Source of the DNA: Candidatus Pacearchaeota archaeon
Lineage (GTDB): Archaea > Nanobdellota > Nanobdellia > Pacearchaeales > GW2011-AR1
Reading direction: 5' to 3'
DNA: 64,000 bases
Assembly (NCBI GenBank): GCA_016866975.1
Contig: VGKP01000002.1
Span: 1-64,000, forward strand
Shown piece after piece: positions 18,430-28,151 of the stretch. A model generated the notes under the pieces. That model was not told where the DNA came from, made no database searches, and saw only the letters and a program-made list of their open reading frames with translations. Both the position numbers and the translations under genes were made by a program. Each line of letters begins with the position of its first letter. Position 1 is the first letter of the stretch.

Positions 18430-19515
18430 ATGGCTAGTATAACCGTTGAAAAAGAGGGACAAATAGGGAGTGATATTGACCGAGAATTAGAAGAACTGCT
18501 TCAGAAGCAGGGCGCCCGTATAAAAGTGGTAGGATGTGGAGGCGGTGGAGGCAATTCTATTTCTAGGATGAAAGAGACTGGCATAAAAGGATGTGAGATT
18601 ATAGCTGTAAATACTGATGCGCAGGATCTTCTATATTCTAATGCTGACAGCAAGGTGCTGATAGGACGCGAGCTGACTCATGGTCTTGGAGCAGGCAGCA
18701 ATCCAAAGGTTGGTGAGCAAGCAGCCAAAGAATCTGAACACGAAATAAAGAAAAGAATTGGAGAATCCGACATGGTCTTTATCACTTGCGGTTTAGGAGG
18801 AGGTACAGGCACAGGAGCCGCCCCAGTTGTTGCAGAGATTGCAAAGAAGCAGGGAGCCTTGACCATAGGCATTGTGACTCTGCCTTTCACCGTCGAAGGG
18901 CAAAAAAGAATTGAAAACGCCCAGTACGGGTTAGAAAAGATGGTTGCAGTCACTGACACACTCATAGTAATTCCAAATGACAAATTGTTAGAGATAGCCC
19001 CTGAGTTGCCAATACATACAGCTTTCAAGGTAGCAGATGAAATCCTTACAAACTCAGTCAAGGGCATTGCAGAGCTAGTCACAAAAGCAGGTTTGGTCAA
19101 TTTGGATTTTGCAGATGTTAAGGCTGTCATGTCAGATGGAGGAGTTTCTCTTATAGGTATTGGAGAATCAGACTCAAAGGACAGGGCAAGAGATGCTGTA
19201 GAAAAGGCAATAAATAATCCTCTTCTTGACGTAGACATATCTAATGCATCAGGTGCACTTGTGAATATCATTGGTGGCAATGATATGTCTCTAGATGAAT
19301 ACAGGCTTATTATGGAAGTCCTTGGAAGTAAGATCGCCCCAGATGCCAAGATAATCTCGGGGGCGCAAATCTCAGCAGATATGGATCGTTCAATAAAAGT
19401 TCTTCTTATAGTTACTGGCGTGAAGAGTTCACAGATTCTTGGTGCAGGCATAGACTTGGATATAAAGAAAGAAGATGCTCTAGAGGAAGAACTAGGGATT
19501 GATTATGTGAAATAA
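18430..19515 (+). CDS. ftsZ: Cell division protein FtsZ
   Basis: GCGGGGGN, AVNTDAQ, GGGTGTG tubulin signature, NLDFADV. Confidence 0.98.
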   Translation: MASITVEKEGQIGSDIDRELEELLQKQGARIKVVGCGGGGGNSISRMKETGIKGCEIIAVNTDAQDLLYSNADSKVLIGRELTHGLGAGSNPKVGEQAAKESEHEIKKRIGESDMVFITCGLGGGTGTGAAPVVAEIAKKQGALTIGIVTLPFTVEGQKRIENAQYGLEKMVAVTDTLIVIPNDKLLEIAPELPIHTAFKVADEILTNSVKGIAELVTKAGLVNLDFADVKAVMSDGGVSLIGIGESDSKDRARDAVEKAINNPLLDVDISNASGALVNIIGGNDMSLDEYRLIMEVLGSKIAPDAKIISGAQISADMDRSIKVLLIVTGVKSSQILGAGIDLDIKKEDALEEELGIDYVK

Positions 19516-19549
19516 GAAGCTTTTTTAACCCTCTATTAATAAGAAATCC

Positions 19550-19963
19550 ATGAAAATAGGAATTATCGATAGGTTATTGTTTGATCAGGAATCAATTATA
19601 CGCGCACTGCAGCAAGGTATTAAATACCGTCCGCCCACTGGCTATCTTAAGGATTTTTTAATAAAAAAAGGAGCAGAGGTTATTTCGGCTGAAACAATTC
19701 AAGGGCTTGCAGAACATTCTACGCTTTCAAGCTATGATGCTTTTTTGATTCATCCCGGGAGGGACAAACAAAAAGAGACAATTGAGAGAGTACAAAGAGA
19801 GGCCCCCAATTCTTTGCTAGCGATAATTACCTTTAATTTAGATGATTACATTCCTCAGAACGGAGCGCCTGTATTTAGTTTGGATTCAAGAAATTATGAT
19901 AAAGCATATGCTTTTTTAGAGAGTAGATTGCAAGAAAGAGTAAAAGGGTCAAATAGACATTAG
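19550..19963 (+). CDS. Hypothetical protein, possible receiver-like (CheY-like) fold lacking the phospho-Asp
   Basis: Alternating beta/alpha pattern MKIGIID...YDAFLIHPG...LAIIT; weak. Confidence 0.4.
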   Translation: MKIGIIDRLLFDQESIIRALQQGIKYRPPTGYLKDFLIKKGAEVISAETIQGLAEHSTLSSYDAFLIHPGRDKQKETIERVQREAPNSLLAIITFNLDDYIPQNGAPVFSLDSRNYDKAYAFLESRLQERVKGSNRH

Positions 19964-19993
19964 TTTTAAAAACCACTTAATCCATTATATCGT

Positions 19994-20191
19994 ATGGATA
20001 ACTTTCAAGGACCAAGTGTAGGGACAAGAATTAAATCATTTTTCATCCAGTGTACTCGTGTGTGGCAGCTTCTTAGAAAGCCGAGTATGGAGGAATTCAA
20101 GTCAATTTCAAAGATTTCTGCTCTAGGGTTGTTAGCAATAGGCTTAATAGGATTTCTTATTGCAGATATAATGAAGTTCCTTAATCGTTAG
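19994..20191 (+). CDS. secE: Protein translocase SecE (Sec61 gamma)
   Basis: RVWQLLRKPSMEEF...LGLLAIGLIGFLI. Confidence 0.92.
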   Translation: MDNFQGPSVGTRIKSFFIQCTRVWQLLRKPSMEEFKSISKISALGLLAIGLIGFLIADIMKFLNR

Positions 20192-21227
20192 TTTTTTTGT
20201 AATCAGGATTGTAATATACTGCCCTACCAAATTCTTCTTTTGCTTCCTTTGGCTTTCCAAGCTCCTTTAGAACTTGGCTTAAGTTGTAATGATGATCAGC
20301 ATTTTTCGGATTCAATTCAATTGCTCTCTGAAAACACTTGACAGCATTATCAAAATTTTTTTCATGCACTTCTATTACTCCCAGAGCACTCCATGCAGAT
20401 TCCCTTTCATCAAGTCTTATTGATTCAATCAATACTGGCCTTGCCTCAGATATCTTTCCTCTTTTCATTCCAATAAGTGCTATTTCGAGATAAGTAAGCC
20501 CGAAATTAGGATTCATCTGCAATGATTTTACTAGATGTTCTATCGCCTCGTCTAGTTTACCTATAGAATGATATTGTGAGCCGATCTGGTATTCTTGATA
20601 GAAGTCTCCTTTTATGTTCTTCAATTCAAGCTCTATGTACTTAGCAGTATGTTCTGGACTATGTGACAGGGATCCAAAATGATGGATAGGGATGTCTGTT
20701 TCTTTTATTTTTCCGCCGATTCTCTGGATAGAAGGTATTACGGAATCATGGGCCACTCCCTCTGCTCTTATTTTAGGATTGTTCTTGAAAAGTCTTACCA
20801 TCATCCTGGGGGCGTATCCATGAGCTACTTTGCTCTCCTCGTACTTGTCATCTTTGCAAGAAGTCCATGAAAGTGTACCTTTCTGATTAGTATAGTTTCT
20901 CTGTACAAGATAATATCCGTCATATTCTTGGCTTGAGACAAGTGCTTTTATTTTTTGAAGGTCTCTTAAGGCTATTGTCTCATCACTATCCAAGCTCAAT
21001 ATCCACGGTTGGGTCGCCTTGGAAAACGCCTCGTTTTTCGCATCACCATAATTGTCATTCCATTTGAAATCGTAAACATTGGCTCCAAGTGATTCTGCAA
21101 TCTTTTTTGTTGAGTCACTTGATCCCGTATCTACAAATATAATCTCTTTTACTAAAGGTTTCGCACTCTGTATGCAGGGCCCTATTGTTTTTTGATTATT
21201 TCTCCCTATAACGCACAAGCTTATCAT
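20181..21227 (-). CDS. GT2 glycosyltransferase with C-terminal TPRs
   Basis: ISLCVI..NN, VDTGSSD, WILSLDSDE (DxD) and TPR repeats (AIELNPKNADHHYNL). Confidence 0.9.
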   Translation of the reverse strand: MISLCVIGRNNQKTIGPCIQSAKPLVKEIIFVDTGSSDSTKKIAESLGANVYDFKWNDNYGDAKNEAFSKATQPWILSLDSDETIALRDLQKIKALVSSQEYDGYYLVQRNYTNQKGTLSWTSCKDDKYEESKVAHGYAPRMMVRLFKNNPKIRAEGVAHDSVIPSIQRIGGKIKETDIPIHHFGSLSHSPEHTAKYIELELKNIKGDFYQEYQIGSQYHSIGKLDEAIEHLVKSLQMNPNFGLTYLEIALIGMKRGKISEARPVLIESIRLDERESAWSALGVIEVHEKNFDNAVKCFQRAIELNPKNADHHYNLSQVLKELGKPKEAKEEFGRAVYYNPDYKKTND

Positions 21228-21306
21228 TATGATAAAATAAAAATAGAGTATATAGAGATTGAGGTGCTTTAAATAAAGTTTAAAAATCCTTCTGAGATTT
21301 AGACTG

Positions 21307-21786
21307 ATGGAATCAAATATAAGGGCTATTGAAAATAAAGACCTGGACTCCTTAGCAAGGATTTATGCAGAAACTTATGACTACTTTGATGTCGGCGAGA
21401 TTTGGACACCCCAATCTGCAAAAGAGATGTTAAGATACTGGCTTAACAAGCAGCCAGATCTTTGTTTTCTTGCAGAAGAAATGGAGATTCAAGGAGCTTT
21501 TGTCATAGGCGTTAAACCTTGGTGGGATGGGAATCATCTTGTAGATGGGGAGATTTTTGTCCATCCAGATTATCAAAAAAAAGGTATTGGCACAGCATTA
21601 TTGAGGCATGTATTTGCAGAAGCACGTAAAAAGTACAACGTAGTGCGCTGGGATACTTTCACAGTGAGGGATAAATATCCCCTTAATTGGTATAAATCAA
21701 TAGGTTTTACAGAGATAAAGGAATGGGCTATGATATCTGCAGTTCCAAGAGAAGTGATGAATAAACTTGATTCTAAAAAAAGATAG
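21307..21786 (+). CDS. GNAT N-acetyltransferase
   Basis: Motif A EIFVHPDYQKKGIGTALL; WYKSIGF. Confidence 0.9.
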   Translation: MESNIRAIENKDLDSLARIYAETYDYFDVGEIWTPQSAKEMLRYWLNKQPDLCFLAEEMEIQGAFVIGVKPWWDGNHLVDGEIFVHPDYQKKGIGTALLRHVFAEARKKYNVVRWDTFTVRDKYPLNWYKSIGFTEIKEWAMISAVPREVMNKLDSKKR

Positions 21787-21816
21787 GTTTTTAAGACATT
21801 TTTAGTGTAGGTTTTT

Positions 21817-22200
21817 ATGAGATACATACAAGATTGTGTCGAGGATAAATTGCAAGGAGATGTATATACAGGCCACGGTTTTCGTCCAGGTTGGGACAGA
21901 ATTCCTAGAATATATATCGGGATAGATGCAAAAATTAGGAATTGTTCTATTACAAGAAATAATGGAAAGGGAAAGATAATCCAACATCTTTTAAAAAATT
22001 TAGATAGACCTTTCGATAGAAAGACACTGGCAGGTATATCCAATCTCAATATTTCTACTATACCTAGTTACATGATAGATATAGCGAAAGGATTTAGTCA
22101 ATCTTTATGGTATGAACTAGTCTACGACTTTGGGACTAAAACTTATGCTTTAAAAGAAAGGCAAAGATGGCCTTCTCATAGTCATTCATTCGAGATCTAA
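21817..22200 (+). CDS. Orphan hypothetical protein
   Basis: 127 aa ORF; no motif recognised. Confidence 0.45.
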   Translation: MRYIQDCVEDKLQGDVYTGHGFRPGWDRIPRIYIGIDAKIRNCSITRNNGKGKIIQHLLKNLDRPFDRKTLAGISNLNISTIPSYMIDIAKGFSQSLWYELVYDFGTKTYALKERQRWPSHSHSFEI

Positions 22201-22301
22201 GAAAGGTTTAAAAACATCTCATTCTCACATAAAATGTCGCTCACTACATATTGATGTGTTCTTTTTCTGAACACAGCAATCATCCTGTAGGAGACATCAA
22301 A

Positions 22302-22919
22302 ATGGAACTGAAAGAAGCAATAGCAGCATTAAGAAAGGAAGAAAAGAAGAAATTCGATCAGAGCATAGATCTAATCATAAACCTGAAAGGTATCGACGTC
22401 AAAAGAGATAATGTCTCGACAATAGTAAATATTCCTCACAAGATAAAGGAGAAGAAGGTCTGTGGTTTTCTCACCAAGAAGAGCGATTTAGTAAGGACAG
22501 TCACTCAGCCTGATTTTCAGAAATACAAAGAGAAGAAACCTTTGAAGATGCTAGTGAAGGAATATGACTTTTTCATTGCAGCTGCTTCACTGATGCCGTC
22601 TGTAGCTACGACATTTGGTAAGGCTCTCGGTCCTTCAGGCAAGATGCCGTCTCCACAGTTAGGTGTATTGATGAAAGAGGATGAAGTTTTGATAAAACAG
22701 CTTCTTGAGAAGATTAGTACCGCAGTTAAAATTAGAGTGAAGGAACCAAGCGTAAAGGTCTCAGTTGGTAAAGAAAGCATGAAAGATGAGCATCTGATCG
22801 AGAACATTCAGGCGATATATCATGGCCTAGTCAATGCGTTGCCGACAAAAAAAGAGAATTTAAGGAATATTTTAATTAAAAAGACTATGGGCAAGCCGAT
22901 TATGGTGGAGATGAAATAA
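22302..22919 (+). CDS. rpl1: 50S ribosomal protein L1
   Basis: Start corrected to 22302 (GGAG RBS); KKFDQSIDLIINLK...GKALGPSGKMPSP...KTMG. Confidence 0.95.
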   Translation: MELKEAIAALRKEEKKKFDQSIDLIINLKGIDVKRDNVSTIVNIPHKIKEKKVCGFLTKKSDLVRTVTQPDFQKYKEKKPLKMLVKEYDFFIAAASLMPSVATTFGKALGPSGKMPSPQLGVLMKEDEVLIKQLLEKISTAVKIRVKEPSVKVSVGKESMKDEHLIENIQAIYHGLVNALPTKKENLRNILIKKTMGKPIMVEMK

Positions 22920-23776
22920 TGGCTGAGAAAAAAAATGCAAAATCCAATAAGGCTGTCAAAGTGGATTCACATGCTCGTGTCAAGGCAGTTCCAGAATATA
23001 AGCTTAAGACTGTTTCAGAGCTCTCGAGAAAGATGAAAGAGAGCACGACTGTGCTGTTAGCATCTACAAGAGGTCTTCCAAGTTCCCAGTTCCATGATAT
23101 AAAGAAGAACCTTCGTGGGAAGGCAGATATCTGTGTTGCCAAGAAGTCATTAGTTGTGCGAGCAATCTCAACTACTGAAAGAGGAGGGTTGCAGAATCTT
23201 AAATGTCATGTTGGTGCAGATGTGGCTTTGTTTTTCTCAAACTTAGATGCTTTCGAATTATCAGGACTATTAAGCGATAATCAAAGCCCTACAAAAGCAA
23301 GGGCAGGCGACATTGCACCAGAAGATATTAATGTTGAACCTGGTCCAACAAGTCTAGTCCCAGGCCCAGCAATCTCAGAATTATCTGGAGTCGGCCTCAA
23401 AGTCGCAGTTGAAGGCGGCAAATTGGCAATAAAGCAGCCAGCGACTATAGTGCGTGCAGGAGAAGTAATTAAGGAAAATGTTGCAGGAGTCATGGCTAAG
23501 CTAGACATCAAGCCAATGAAAGTTGGTTTCGAACCAATTGCAGCATACGATTCAAAAAGCGATAAAGTCTATGCTGGAATAAAGATAGATAAAAAGAAAG
23601 CTCATGAGGAACTAAAACAGGCTATTGGAAAAGCTCTTGGATTTGCTGTATCTGTCAGATATTTAGTCAAAGAGACTCTCAGTTATTTCCTTGCTAAAGC
23701 GAATGCCGAAGAGAAAGCTGTTCAATCGATTATTGATAAATCTCAAACTCAAACAACTACAAAGGAGGGCAACTAA
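22919..23776 (+). CDS. rpl10: 50S ribosomal protein L10 (P0)
   Basis: ARAGDIAPEDI.VEPGPT...GP.ISEL...LDIKPMKVG. Confidence 0.93.
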   Translation: MAEKKNAKSNKAVKVDSHARVKAVPEYKLKTVSELSRKMKESTTVLLASTRGLPSSQFHDIKKNLRGKADICVAKKSLVVRAISTTERGGLQNLKCHVGADVALFFSNLDAFELSGLLSDNQSPTKARAGDIAPEDINVEPGPTSLVPGPAISELSGVGLKVAVEGGKLAIKQPATIVRAGEVIKENVAGVMAKLDIKPMKVGFEPIAAYDSKSDKVYAGIKIDKKKAHEELKQAIGKALGFAVSVRYLVKETLSYFLAKANAEEKAVQSIIDKSQTQTTTKEGN

Positions 23777-24063
23777 TGGAATATATTTACGGAGCATTGC
23801 TCTTGCACAAGCTAGGCCAGGAAGTAACTGAATCTAGTCTGACAAAAGTTATTGCAGCTACCGGCGTACAGGTAGATGAGTCTAAAGTAAAGACGCTTAT
23901 TGCAGCATTGCAGGGCGTTGATATCTCATCAGAGCTTGCAAACGCAAGCGCTGTAGCAACTGCACCAGCATCTGGAAGCGCGGCTACACCAGCAAAGGAA
24001 GAGAAGAAGAAAGAAGAAGCTCCTTCAGAATCAGCGGCAGGATTGAGCGCACTATTCGGGTAA
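23776..24063 (+). CDS. rpl12: 50S ribosomal protein L12 (P1)
   Basis: MEYIYGALLLH; C-terminal ESAAGLSALFG. Confidence 0.95.
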   Translation: MEYIYGALLLHKLGQEVTESSLTKVIAATGVQVDESKVKTLIAALQGVDISSELANASAVATAPASGSAATPAKEEKKKEEAPSESAAGLSALFG

Positions 24064-24172
24064 TTTTTCCATTTAGGAGCCCGAAATTGCACGCATACTT
24101 AGCGGTAGATTTTTGAATTAGTTCTTCGCAGAGTGAAAGCTTTATAAGTCCTTTTCTTTAGTTTACTTAGAA

Positions 24173-24254
24173 GCCCACGTGGCACAATGGTACTGCGCCG
24201 GTCTTGAGAACCGGTTCCCTCCGGGGTATCCCCGTTCGATTCGGGGCGTGGGCG
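24173..24254 (+). tRNA. tRNA-Ser(TGA)
   Basis: GCCCACG/CGTGGGC acceptor stem, anticodon arm CCGGT-CTTGAGA-ACCGG, long variable arm, GTTCGATT T-loop. Confidence 0.9.
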
Positions 24255-24335
24255 TTTCATTATTCTATTTTTGGATTGAAATTTGCAGAAAAAATTAAAG
24301 AATAAGTTTAAGAATCTAGTTTAATTAGTTTAGAT

Positions 24336-24749
24336 ATGAAGTTTTACAGAGCATTGGGCATATCACTATTAACTTATTTTTTCTCCATGGTATTAGGCAT
24401 TATTGTGATGACTGTAATGGGGATATCAATAGCCTCTGGTGGAAATGATATACCTAAGGAAGCCTTAATAATAAATATAATTCTTACACTGATTTTATCC
24501 GGCATCTCGACAAATATTTATCTCAATGGAAAAGGAATAAAACCTGGAGTAAGAGAGGGATTTCTCTTCGGTATTGTCCTTGTAGTTTTAGGTACTATAA
24601 TAGACATTATTTTCTTCAGCCTTTCTTCTATTGCAACTGGCACTCAACAGAGCATAATAGAATACTATTCAAATCCTCTGTTCTGGACTGCATTGATTCT
24701 TTTCTTGGCGACTTGCATAATCACAGGATTCTTGAGAGAGAAAAGATGA
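24336..24749 (+). CDS. Integral membrane protein (4 TM)
   Basis: Hydrophobic 137 aa ORF. Confidence 0.65.
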   Translation: MKFYRALGISLLTYFFSMVLGIIVMTVMGISIASGGNDIPKEALIINIILTLILSGISTNIYLNGKGIKPGVREGFLFGIVLVVLGTIIDIIFFSLSSIATGTQQSIIEYYSNPLFWTALILFLATCIITGFLREKR

Positions 24750-24798
24750 AATCAGTTTTATCCATAGGATTTAAAAATCTTATTACCGAAGATTGTTA

Positions 24799-25227
24799 AT
24801 GAGATATAATTATCTTCACTATCTCTTACTTTGTTTTATATTGCTCGAGATAATCCTGACAGCAACTCTTAATTTCAATTCCGATTTAGGAGCATTCTGC
24901 CTTACTGGATCCGATTGTTCTTCAGTCCAGAATTCAGAATATGGTAAATTATTCGGAGTAAGTCTGAGTGTTTTTGGTTTTATCATGTTTTCACTATTGC
25001 TGATAATATATCTTTATGTTGAAAGACATCCAAAATACAGCCAATTTTTCCTTCTAGCTACAGGTTTAGGATTCTGCTTCGCAGTATACTTCCTTATCCT
25101 TCAGTTTTTTGTCCTGAAAAAAATATGTTCCAGTTGTGTGATAATAGATGGCCTTGCAATAGTATTATTCATAATAGCTCTTTTTTGGTCAAATGCATTA
25201 AGAAGGGAATTACATAAGATTGCCTAG
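24799..25227 (+). CDS. Vitamin K epoxide reductase (VKOR) family disulfide-formation protein
   Basis: Loop FCLTGSDCSSVQNSEYGKLFGVSLS and active-site CSSC. Confidence 0.88.
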   Translation: MRYNYLHYLLLCFILLEIILTATLNFNSDLGAFCLTGSDCSSVQNSEYGKLFGVSLSVFGFIMFSLLLIIYLYVERHPKYSQFFLLATGLGFCFAVYFLILQFFVLKKICSSCVIIDGLAIVLFIIALFWSNALRRELHKIA

Positions 25228-25985
25228 TTCTTCGCAATTTCCCACAAACGATAAAAGAAGCGCCGATGCGACTCTGCGATTTGTTTTGAAGTGATGATAA
25301 TTGCGATCGGTTCATCACCGAAAGCCACTTCTAAAACATTATCGCCGAAGATGATAACACCAACGGGGGCAAAACCAGGCACGAATCGGTAGGAAGGCGG
25401 TTTCTTGTAGTTGTATTCCTTATATACTTTAAACTGCTGCTCAACCTGAGAGCGTGCGGATTCATTCGCAATGAGCTTCATTTTATAACGCATGTCTGAG
25501 CGCATCTTGTGGAATCTGCCAAAGAATTCCTGCGTTTTTTCGGAGAATTGCTCTTCATAGCCTGCGGCAAATCCGATATATTCTGCTTCTTTAGGCAAAG
25601 TTTCAATGATAGTCATAAATGCGGCATACACTCCTTTCCATCCTATGAAGACACGTGCTTCTTGCTTGCTCTTTCCTTGCTTTTGCATCTCGAGTAAACT
25701 AGGAAGAGTACGCTCAAGCTGAGATCTTTTCGTATCAGCAATACGCAGCAGCTGTTGCGGCTCGACAGCGGAGAAATACTTGCGCTTGCCTTTTAGTATG
25801 TAGGAAACAAGGCCTTGTTCAATAAGCTGGTGCAACGCATTGTAAACAACCGAGTTCTGCATCTTTGTCTTCTCAATGAGTGGCCCTGTTGTGCTTTGCC
25901 CAATCTGTAGGAGCTTCAGGTACACAACACTCTGCGCTCGTGTCAGACCGAGCTCTTCGAGCATTGCAGTGGTTTCAACAGGCAT
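25224..25985 (-). CDS. TrmB-family transcriptional regulator
   Basis: LEELGLTRAQSVVYLKLLQ...VYNALHQLIEQGLV wHTH plus PLD-like effector domain. Confidence 0.85.
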   Translation of the reverse strand: MPVETTAMLEELGLTRAQSVVYLKLLQIGQSTTGPLIEKTKMQNSVVYNALHQLIEQGLVSYILKGKRKYFSAVEPQQLLRIADTKRSQLERTLPSLLEMQKQGKSKQEARVFIGWKGVYAAFMTIIETLPKEAEYIGFAAGYEEQFSEKTQEFFGRFHKMRSDMRYKMKLIANESARSQVEQQFKVYKEYNYKKPPSYRFVPGFAPVGVIIFGDNVLEVAFGDEPIAIIITSKQIAESHRRFFYRLWEIAKN

Positions 25986-26072
25986 GCCTCTCTCACGTTT
26001 CTCTGCTTATTAAATCTTTCTCCTTTTTAGGAGAATAAAGTTTTAAATAGGATTCATTTAGAAAGTAATAAC

Positions 26073-26894
26073 GTGAAACAGATAATTAGGGAAATGCGGA
26101 AAGAAGCAAGAGGTTTTGCAGTTGCAGCCTTGCTTACTGCCTCTACAGTTTCTGAAAAAGCAGAAGACTTCCTCATCGGCACACGAGGGCCTACGCCGCT
26201 GCAGTTCGACCATGGAGTCAATTACATCAGAAAGGAAACGCAGAGCGGAGCGAGCGACAATTTCATCCAGAGCAATGTCGTGAAGTATTGGACAGGCAAA
26301 GAGCTTGGTTTTTTTGCCATCGGAGCATTGCCTTACAAATTCCTTAAATCAAGAGATACTGAAAGCTCCGGCTTCGGCGATTTGACGCTCAAACTCGGAC
26401 CTCGAGGCACTATCGATTTGCACAACTTCGGCAGCTTCCATTGGATTGCTGCTGCAGGCACCGCAATTCCACTAGGAGATACAGATACGAAGCCAGCGCT
26501 TGGCACAGGAAGATATGATTTTAAGGGCGGGTTCACCACTACATATCTTTCTCATGATAAGAAAGATGAGATGACAACTGCATTTGAATATAACAAACCA
26601 TTGACACTTCACAATGGAAAGCCAGCATCTGACGAGATAAATGCTGGATTCATAGTTGGAAAGAAATTGAATGATAACTGGAGGATTGGAGCCGGTCTCA
26701 GGGGGACTTACAAAATCAGGGAAAAAGATGATGGAGATTATATTACTAAGGCAAGAATATTGGCGAGATATACATTTTCTAAAAATCCTATGTGGCACAT
26801 TGAGATTATAGGGGATAAGAGCATAAAAACAAAGTATATGCCAGACGAGACAATGGGATCTATTTTAATTAGGTATAATTTTGGTAAGAAATAA
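26073..26894 (+). CDS. Beta-barrel 'transporter'-like protein (MetA-pathway-of-phenol-degradation/SphA type)
   Basis: SGFGDLTLKLG...AAAGTAIPLG...LGTGRYD motif; amphipathic strands; terminal ILIRYNF(GKK). Confidence 0.6.
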   Translation: MKQIIREMRKEARGFAVAALLTASTVSEKAEDFLIGTRGPTPLQFDHGVNYIRKETQSGASDNFIQSNVVKYWTGKELGFFAIGALPYKFLKSRDTESSGFGDLTLKLGPRGTIDLHNFGSFHWIAAAGTAIPLGDTDTKPALGTGRYDFKGGFTTTYLSHDKKDEMTTAFEYNKPLTLHNGKPASDEINAGFIVGKKLNDNWRIGAGLRGTYKIREKDDGDYITKARILARYTFSKNPMWHIEIIGDKSIKTKYMPDETMGSILIRYNFGKK

Positions 26895-26930
26895 CATTAG
26901 TTTTATTAATCCAATTGTTCATATTTTCTA

Positions 26931-27704
26931 ATGCCAATCATCTTTGGTCCAGCTGGTCTCGGCCCTGTCAAGACAGCCATACAAACTCTTGAAAAATATC
27001 ATGAGATGGGATTGCGAGCATGCGAAATTGCATTTACATATAGTGTCTACATCAAGCCATCAGAATGTCCACTTATTAGGGAAAAAGCAAAGGAATTAGG
27101 TATAGATTTGAGTATTCATGCTCAATACTGGGTGAATCTTAATGCAAAAGAGAAAGAGAAAAGAGAAGCAACAAAGCAAAGAATATTGCAATGCTGCGAG
27201 ATTGGTGAGCTTCTTGGTGCAAAAATAGTTGTTTTTCATCCAGGATACTATGGAGAAGACAAGGATAAATCTTTTGAAACTATCAGACAAGGAATTATGG
27301 AAATCGTGGCTGAAATAAAGAAAAAAGGTTGGAAGATAAAGGTAGCTCCCGAGACGATGGGTAAGGTTAATGTCTTTGGAAGTGTCGAGGAGATATCTAA
27401 GCTGGTAAAAGAAACTGGGTGCTCTTTCTGCATTGACTTTGCCCATATCCTAGCCAGAGATAAATCAGTAGATTATAAGCGCATTATAGATGCATTCCCT
27501 CAGAAAGACTGGCACGTTCACTTTTCAGGTATTGTTTACGGGGATAAAGGTGAGAAACATCACATTTCTACAGAAAAAAAGCTCTGGAAAGAGCTTCTTA
27601 TAAATCTTCCAAAAGATAAAGCAATCAGAATCATTAATGAGTCTCCTACCATGATCGAGGATAGTGTACAAGGCATGCAGCTGGAGCAGAAACTAATACG
27701 TTAA
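26931..27704 (+). CDS. nfo: Endonuclease IV (AP endonuclease 2 family)
   Basis: SIHAQYWVNL, VVFHPG, APETMGK, CIDFAH, HVHFSG, H..H metal ligands. Confidence 0.9.
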   Translation: MPIIFGPAGLGPVKTAIQTLEKYHEMGLRACEIAFTYSVYIKPSECPLIREKAKELGIDLSIHAQYWVNLNAKEKEKREATKQRILQCCEIGELLGAKIVVFHPGYYGEDKDKSFETIRQGIMEIVAEIKKKGWKIKVAPETMGKVNVFGSVEEISKLVKETGCSFCIDFAHILARDKSVDYKRIIDAFPQKDWHVHFSGIVYGDKGEKHHISTEKKLWKELLINLPKDKAIRIINESPTMIEDSVQGMQLEQKLIR

Positions 27705-28151
27705 ATTTTCAAGAATCTGCGTCTTGTAACCTTGTTCAGAAATTTTTTCAAGGGCAGCGTCCAGGCAGATACCTACTGTTCCTCCTCCGACTCTGACAAC
27801 AGAAACATCTCCCAGTGCAGCAAAAAGGATTTGCCAACCTTGAGAAGGATTAGGATATCCTATATAAGTTGGAATGAATTGCGTTAGACCTTTTTTTCTC
27901 CATCGGGTGACGATATCTCTTGTTATATCTATCAAAGGCTCTTCTTCCAAAACAATGACATCTGAAGTGTCGTGTTCTAGGAATGATTTCAGGGGGGAGA
28001 GATATCTACAACGCGGGTTGTAATCAGATTGAATGAGCTGCTCAAAGAAGACTTGTGCAGAAAAAGGATGGACTATGACTGTTGCTTCTGCAGTAATCTT
28101 ATCCACATACTTCATATCTTGTTCATACACTTCAAGTTTTTTCATATTCAA
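27693..28151 (-). CDS. Hypothetical protein, weakly cysteine-hydrolase (isochorismatase)-like
   Basis: C-terminal VRVGGGTVGICLDAALEKISEQGYKTQILENLTY resembles the family's Cys-containing segment. Confidence 0.4.
   Translation of the reverse strand: MNMKKLEVYEQDMKYVDKITAEATVIVHPFSAQVFFEQLIQSDYNPRCRYLSPLKSFLEHDTSDVIVLEEEPLIDITRDIVTRWRKKGLTQFIPTYIGYPNPSQGWQILFAALGDVSVVRVGGGTVGICLDAALEKISEQGYKTQILENLTY

Noticed and set aside
18678-19451. Long antisense ORFs (also 5496-5999, 6789-7322, 45668-46138 and others in the track)
   Set aside because: They shadow well-supported genes on the opposite strand and have no motifs.
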